From: Paraspadella gotoi
Lineage: Eukaryota; Animalia; Chaetognatha
Assembly: GCA_051294375.1 (NCBI GenBank)
Contig: CM119263.1
Location: forward strand, 3,742,785-3,806,784
DNA length: 64,000 nucleotides
Direction of reading: 5' to 3'
Under the pieces are notes generated by a model. It searched no databases, had not been told where the DNA came from, and saw only the letters and a program-made list of their open reading frames with translations. The first letter of the stretch is position 1. Each line of letters opens with the position of its first letter. This document shows, one piece after another, positions 57,291 through 64,000 of the stretch. The position numbers and the translations under genes were made by a program.

Positions 57291-58424
57291 AAAAAACTTA
57301 AGATCCTGAACCAGTAAATAACCATTCAGAATTCAAACCAAAGCCGGAACCGGAACCGGAACCGGAACCGGAACCGGAACCGGAATTTGTTTGGACCACA
57401 AGAAGCTCTCGAAAAACCACACGTCGACCGTGGAGAAAAACGACACGATGGCCCAGATGGTCCACAACCAAAAAACAATGGTATCCGACCACAATGTCAC
57501 CTTGGAGCAGGAACAAAACCAGACCACATTGGAGCATGAATAGTACCAGGCCACACTGGAATCAAAACGGCACAAGACCACACTGGAACAGGAACAGCAC
57601 CAGACCACACTGGAACATGAACAGCACCAGACCACACTGGAACAGAAACAGCACCAGACCACACTGGAACAGGAACAGCACTAGACCACACTGGAACAGA
57701 AACAGCACCAGACCACACTGGAACAGGAACAGCACCAACTCATGGGATAGAACCACCAAGCCACCCGGTTATCGATGGGCGATGAACGCCACCGTCTCAA
57801 ACTGGCGAGGCCACTGGACGACTCGGTCACCTTGGCGAAAGACAACAAAGACGCCGTGGTGGAAACGAACAGATTCCACAACTAGGCCTTGGTGGAAACG
57901 AACAGATTCCACAACTAGGCCTTGGTGGAAAAGATCTGAGACCACCACGCCGCCGTGGTGGAAAAGATCTGAGACCACCACGGCGCCTTGGTGGAAAAGA
58001 ACTGAGTCCACCACACCGCCTTGGTGGAAAAGAACTGAGACCTCCACGCAGCCTTGGTGGAAAAGAACTGAAACCACCACCCCGCCTTGGTGGAAAAGAA
58101 CTGAGACCACCACGCCGCCTTGGTGGAAAAGAACTGAAACCACAACCAGCATGCCATGGTGGAAAAGAAGTGAGACCACAACTCATCCGTGGTGGAAACG
58201 ATCTGAGACCACTAGGCCTTGGTGGAAAAACTACAACGCCACAACAAAGTCCATATGGAACTGGAGCACGACCAAAGGCCCGTGGGTCAAGGGAACAAAC
58301 GCCTGGCCTTGGAAGACGACAACAAAGACGACAACAAAATATCTTTTGAACTACGATGGATCCTGTCCATCGATGGTTTACAGAGGTGAGAGAGAGAGAG
58401 AGAGAGATGAGAGGATGAGAGACT

Positions 58425-58471
<47 letters not shown>

Positions 58472-59087
58472 CCCCACTCTCAGAATTCATAAAACGGAAA
58501 AAGTAATAGTGAGAAACAGACGGTGACATATACATTCAAGTATGTTTTTAATAATTGGATCAATAACAGATAACTCGAGATCACCGTGAAAAACGAGATC
58601 GTCTTTTTTCACTTTTTCACAGTGAGACGCCCGAACGACCGCTGCGCCGTCGATCATTGTCCGCGGATGCGCTGCGCCTGGGGACGCTGCTGCTACGACG
58701 GCTGCCGCAGCACTTGTTACGCTCCGAGGGAGAGGCGGTCGACGACGCCGATGCCGAGGTAAGTAAGGGGCAAAAGGAAATGGTAGGGAAGAGTAAACAT
58801 CAAGGTCTTTCTACAATTTACTGTCATTGAGTCCGACGACGACAAAAACAACAACAACAACAAAAACAACAACAACAACAAGTCAACAACAACAACCCTT
58901 CTCCAACAGGTCACCCTGGCCTAAATGGGCCGAGGACGACGCCCACATCGGCGGCGGCGGCGAAATCGGCAAATACCGCGACCTCTACGAGAGACACGGC
59001 GTCCACGTGGCAGCGGCGTCGACGCCTGGTGTATCTGTCGTCGTTGTCGTCGTTGCCGGCGTCGTTTCGTTGTGGCGACTGATGTAA
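54243..59087 (+). CDS. Secreted, probably GPI-anchored WAP four-disulfide-core protein (3 WAP domains) with Trp/Thr-rich tandem repeats, 581 aa
   Basis: Six phase-consistent GT-AG exons: 54243-54288 (MGFLVTMEFGLLFLA, signal peptide), 56576-56770 (WAP1 CP..GICAFMC..C..GKMCCSNGCGYSC), 56942-57076 (WAP2 CP..GICVNMC..CPEGKMCCSNGCGYSC), 57330-58385 ((PE)n plus repeats), 58623-58758 (WAP3 ..C..C..C..CCYDGCRSTC), 58910-59087 (hydrophobic C-terminus VSVVVVVVAGVVSLWRLM*). Total 1746 nt, in frame with no corrections. Confidence 0.88.
54890..54978 (+). mobile_element. Possible tRNA-derived SINE remnant with A tail
   Basis: ctctgcgtccaaaaggtcacGGGTTCGAGgctc followed by poly(A); degenerate. Confidence 0.3.
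55074..55357 (+). mobile_element. Family A solo-LTR-like element with tRNA-Met cassette (copy 3), in WAP gene intron 1
   Basis: TGTAGTCGGG...CTTATCCACA termini. The tRNA-like segment 55129-55200 has A box TGGCTCATTGAG (55136-55147), loop CTCATGA (55160-55166) and B box GGTTCAATTCC (55180-55190). The TSD is not clean in this copy. Confidence 0.75.
57512..57736 (+). repeat. Coding 27-bp tandem repeat (NSTRPHWNR)x8
   Basis: aacagcaccagaccacactggaacagg units in exon 4 of the WAP gene. Confidence 0.95.
57851..58231 (+). repeat. Coding 33-bp tandem repeat (TETTTPPWWKR)x11-12
   Basis: ccttggtggaaaagaactgagaccaccacg units, with synonymous variation (cga/aga, tct/agt). Confidence 0.95.
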
Positions 59088-60510
59088 AGTCGACGGAGAA
59101 ATGAAGAACGAAAATTTATAAGATGTGATTGAGTCACAGTCGATTCACTTCAAGTCGTTTTAGATGACAATTTTTATTTCTATTTGAATTTTTTTTTTTT
59201 TTAAATATAAAAATAAGAACAAAAATTGTTGTATCAATTTTCCTGAGTCATCACGATTCTATCTTCACCGTTCTGTATTTTTTAAATATTGGTTTTTTTT
59301 TGTGAATTATTTGTTAGTTGATTAATTTTAAAACCTAACTTTTTAATTTTCAACTTTCAATTATCTCACTCACTAAAAATAAAAATAATCCTTTTTTCTT
59401 AATGTTAAAATGTAAACTGAAAATTAACTGGATGGTGTTTTTTTTTCAAGAAGAAATCGAAAGCTCTACTTGGAATTTTGGCTTTTTGTGACTTGTCCCA
59501 ATCCGCCAACTCATTTTGGAATGTTCATTCGGAAATCTATTTATCTATTTATCCCTAAAAAATTATGCTTCTGATTTTACTAAAAGATAGATTTTTCTAG
59601 AATAAGATTTTGAAAAAAAAAAAAAAAACTTATTTTTAATGAAAATTTTTTTTTCGATTTTAGTTTATACCAACATTTGACTCAAATGTGTTTTGTTCGC
59701 TCTTTTCTCCTCCATTTTATGACATTTTGGGCGACTTCAACACTGAGTAAGAAACTTAAAACTAAAATCAAGCAGATTGTCTAATTAACTAAATTCTTAA
59801 GTAATTCCCGACGGAGTTGCCGGACTTGGTAAGCAATGTAATTGCTACGAAAATATTTATAAATATACATATTCCACGCTACTCATCATATAAGTGATTT
59901 TGCGAGCTCGCTAGCCCGCCCGCCACCACACTGAACATGTGAACATGTGAACATGTGGCTGACTGGTTAGCGTTTTCCAGCAGCTGACAATAACAAATTG
60001 CAATTCGCTACTTGAATTGCTGCTGCTGCTACTACCTCAAAATTCGTAAGTCATACTAATTCAAAATATACGGTAGTTGCTTTCAAAATTCAAGAAAAAA
60101 AACCCTAAATTTTAAGAAAAATCAAGTAAGCTACATTACTCACTTATTCGCACGCCAAGAAAAAAAAAATTAATAGCTACTATATAAACTTTAAATTTAA
60201 ATGATAAATAAATAATTATAAAAGAACTTACCCACGACTTGCTTTTTTTTGACGGGATTTCCGACAGTAAGCCGAAGTCCTTGAACTCCTGAGACGATGA
60301 GCCCCATCCTCAGCAGATGATCATCTTCAGAGGAGATGCGGGTTGAGAAGTTGAAATGAAGATTAGATGACGGGATGACAGAATTAGATGACGAGATGAC
60401 AGATTAGATGACGGGATGACAGATTAGAGTTCGAGATAAAATAATTAAATATTTTACTTAAAAGTTGGAAGATAAGTAAAGATTAGTGATAAGTGTGGAA
60501 GATGAAAGAT

Positions 60511-60573
<63 letters not shown>

Positions 60574-61274
60574 ATGGATCCGTTCAAAAAAACTTTCAGA
60601 GCAGACGATTTCACGCGCGACGTCCAAACTGTTTCTTATTTTTGGTGGTTTGGTTAAGTTTCGTTGTTTTGTTTTGTTGTTTTGATTTCTTTGTTTTTTT
60701 TTACGTTTGGTTTTTTTTCGCTTCGGAAAGAGTTAACGTGATTACGAGATGCAAAAGGTTTGAGTTATAAAAAAAGTGAGCTAGTTTATGAAAATATAGA
60801 AAAAAAGTCTTTGTTTGTTTGTTTGTTTGTTTTTTTTGTTTGGGGTTTTTTTGAGTGTAGTATAGGTTTGGGTTTTTAAATGCTGGTTTCGGGCTTAATT
60901 AGTAGGAGGCGTAGGTTTTTAGTAGATGAGTTTTGAGCTAAATGTTATTTTTGTGTAAAATTCATCTTTGCCGTTTATTCTGAGTCTTTAAAACGGTTCT
61001 GCCAATTAGTTCGGATTAAAGTAATAAAAATATCAATTTAGTTTTGATTCCCTTCTGTTTACAAAACTAATAAGCTAGCGCCGTCTATGAGGAAGCCGAA
61101 GAAACTATATTTTTATGGTGAATCTCAATTAGCGAAATTTTCTGTTGACGCCGGTTGACGCCGAATAGACGATTCCCGGCGCCGAAAACGAAAGGATGAC
61201 GTCGAAAGGGGGGGCGTGGCAAAGTGACGCGCCGGAAAATGGCGTTGACGTTGGACCCTGGAAAAGAAAGTGAA

Positions 61275-61437
61275 AATGTTCTGTGTGAAAGTGAAAGGAA
61301 AGAGGAGAGAAAGTGTGAAAGTGATAGGAAAGAGGAGAGAGAGTGAAAGTGAAAGGAAAGAGGAGAGAAAGTGTGAAAGTGAAAGGAAAGAGGAGAGAAA
61401 GTAAGAAAGTGAAAGGAAAGAGGAGAGAGAGAGTGAA
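61275..61437. repeat. About 30-bp purine-rich minisatellite (GTGAAAGTGAAAGGAAAGAGGAGAGAAA)
   Basis: Five visible units. Confidence 0.85.
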
Positions 61438-62043
61438 ATACAGGAAAAAATATATGTAAACATTGTAGGAATTGTGAACATGGTGAGCAATCTAATTCGA
61501 TTTGCTGTTCAGAACGGAACAGCAAAGCGAGATAAGGAATCACTGATAAGAAAAAGGGAAAAAAAAGCAGAAAAAGCAGAAAAGCAAAAAAAAAAAAAAA
61601 AAATTAAGTGTAAATTTGCGGAAAACAATTGTGGATCTTAGTCTTGCTAGGATAAGTACAGTTGTAAGCAATGTATGACAATATTCCGATTGACGTCACA
61701 ATTCTGACACAGGATTATTGCGTAACGAACGACTGACAAAGTAAATCATTTGATCTCTAAAAGCAGATTCATTTGGAAATTTTAAAACGAACAAGTACCC
61801 TTAATTTAAATGCCATCAACTTGTATATATATTATATAATGTTAAAGTGAAAACGAAGTTACAAAAAAACCGAAGGAAAAAAATGGTATCACCAAAGGAG
61901 TTAACGAAAGGAATTCGACAGCGAAACAGGGAAAGAATAAGAGAGGAGAGAGAAGAGCGTGGTCGGTCATAATAAAGAGGAGGGGAAAATGGAATTGGGA
62001 AAAGGAAAAAGAAAAAAGTAGGAGAGAAGAGAGAAAGAGAGAA

Positions 62044-62207
<164 letters not shown>

Positions 62208-63116
62208 TCATTTCGTAAGTTTACTTACTCCCCTCAATTACTAAGTTCGGAAGTCACAAAAGTACATATTTGTATTATTTTGTTCTAATTCGTTTTATTT
62301 TCAGTGTATTGTTTTAAACTCGTCACTTCGAGGTTTCAGCAGACAAACCACAGTTCTGGCCCCAGATCTCTATGCTCCCCCCGCTCCTCCTGCTCCCGCT
62401 GCTTCCCCTGCTCCCCTTCTCCCCTGCTCTCCTGCTCCCGCTGCTTCCCCTTCTCCCCTGCTCCCCCTTCTCCCCTGCTACCCCTACTAACCTCTTCTCC
62501 CCCTGCTCCCCCTGCTCCCGCCTGCCCCCTGCCTCCCTCTCTCCCCCTGCTCCCCCGCTCCCCCCCGCCTCTTTTGTTGGCTCTGGACTCCCGTTCCAAA
62601 CGAACCAAGTTTAATTAGTTCGCCACCGCGTTTTTTCAAATATTTCCAGGTCATGAATATACATGTACGATAGGATTTCTTTTTTTTTTTTCAAGGTCTC
62701 CCGTCCCACTGGTTCGTCGTTGTCGTTGTCTTTGTTGTTGTTGTTATGGGTTCATTGGTCTCCCGTTGATCGTTGCTCTACCGACTCGACTGTTGCTGAC
62801 TGGTGTTGACAGGTGTTGACTGTTTACTTGAGTGCTGTGGAGAATTTTTTTTGGAAAACTTTTAGGTCGTGTTTCGCGATTCATTTTTTATTATTTTAAT
62901 TTTTTAGGATGTTCTGCATGGAGATTATTTTTGTTGAGTGAGACCGAATGCCATCTGGAATCTTGTATACGTAATCAAAGAAACAACAACAACAACAACA
63001 AAACAAACAAACAACAACAACAACAACAACCGGTATAAGAGATGTAACCTTTGCCCGATGAATCCATTGATTGCCAATTTACAACCGTCTCTCTCTCCTC
63101 TTTCTCTCTCTTCTCT

Positions 63117-63193
<77 letters not shown>

Positions 63194-63584
63194 GCTCTTT
63201 ATTCCTCTCCAATTGATGTTTAGAATTCATCAACTTTAATTTCCGCGGAGAAATTCCGATGTCACGTTCACCGAAAATCCAAGACCTTTTGGCTAAGTTA
63301 TAATTAAGCAAATAAACTAAACAAATAAACAAATAATCAAATAAACAAATAAACAAATAATTATTTTACTTTTCTTTTCTTTTCTTTTCTTTTCTTTTCT
63401 TTTCTTTTCTTTTCTTTTCTTTTCTTTTCTTTTCTTTTCTTTTCTTTGCTTTTCTTTTTTTCTATTCTTTGCTTTTTTCTTTTCTTTTCTTTTCTTTTCT
63501 TTTCTTTTCTTTTCTTTTATTTTCTTTTCTTTTTTTCTTTTCTTTCTCCTCCTGTTGGAATGAAAAATCTTTAATTTTATTCAC

Positions 63585-64000
63585 CTGAGAAGAGATAAGA
63601 GTCAAAGCAGCTTAGCGTCCTAGTCGTCCTCGTAGTCGTCGTCGTCGTCGTCGTCGTCGTCAACAAAGTGAAGCCAGTGGAAGAGAAAAAAGATAAGGCT
63701 GGTTTTTCCAACGATTTTCTAATTAGATCTTTCGTCGTGGTTGACGTCGTAGTCGTTGTCGTCGGCCACTTCGTCGTTGTCATCGTTTCCGTCATTGTCG
63801 TCGTCGTCGTTGTCGTCGTTGTTTCTTTGTCTTCGTCGTTGTCATTGGCGACGTAGACGTCGTCATCGTCGTCGTCGTCGTCGTCGTCAATCCCGCTCTT
63901 ATTAACGTCATTAAATGCTGACAACGACATCTTCGTCGTTGTCATTTTTGTCAGCCACCTCATTTTCGTCATCATAGTCGTCGGATATTTTAACCATTCT
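63585..64000 (-). CDS. Probable exon of an acidic, Thr-rich (mucin-like) protein that continues past the window end
   Basis: The minus strand reads ISDDYDDENEVADKNDNDEDVVVSI, then after a likely 1-nt indel near 63912 NDVNKSGIDDDD..KETTTT..TTKWPTTTT..LSCFDSYLFS, ending at a donor (G|GTGAAT). It could partly be (GAC)n microsatellite. Confidence 0.35.

Overview
This is eukaryotic, almost certainly invertebrate animal, genomic DNA. It is AT-rich, contains introns, is dense in (GA)n, (GAC)n and (CTTT)n microsatellites, has five N-gaps and shows clear indel-type assembly errors. Most ORF-track entries are microsatellite read-throughs. Two spliced genes can be built by hand on the + strand. The first is a 13-exon SLC28/CNT concentrative nucleoside transporter (10299-17261, about 679 aa after correcting small indels). 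The second is a 6-exon, 581-aa secreted and probably GPI-anchored WAP (four-disulfide core) protein (54243-59087). Its central exon carries two unusual Trp-rich repeat arrays: 8 x N-x-T-RPHW and 11 x [T/S]..PWWKR, which resembles a polyprotein precursor. Mobile DNA includes a frameshift-riddled BEL/Pao LTR retrotransposon (- strand, about 32.8-38.7 kb), a TA-flanked foldback MITE, and a retroposon-like family nested inside one MITE copy. There is also a family of about 280-bp TG...CA solo-LTR-like elements with 4-bp TSDs that carry an internal tRNA-Met-derived Pol III cassette. Two consecutive multi-kb palindromes (about 22.3-26.1 kb and 26.1-32.7 kb) next to 25-N gaps are most likely long-read foldback or gap-filling artefacts. 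The best candidates for new biology are the WAP/WWKR-repeat precursor and the tRNA-containing LTR family.
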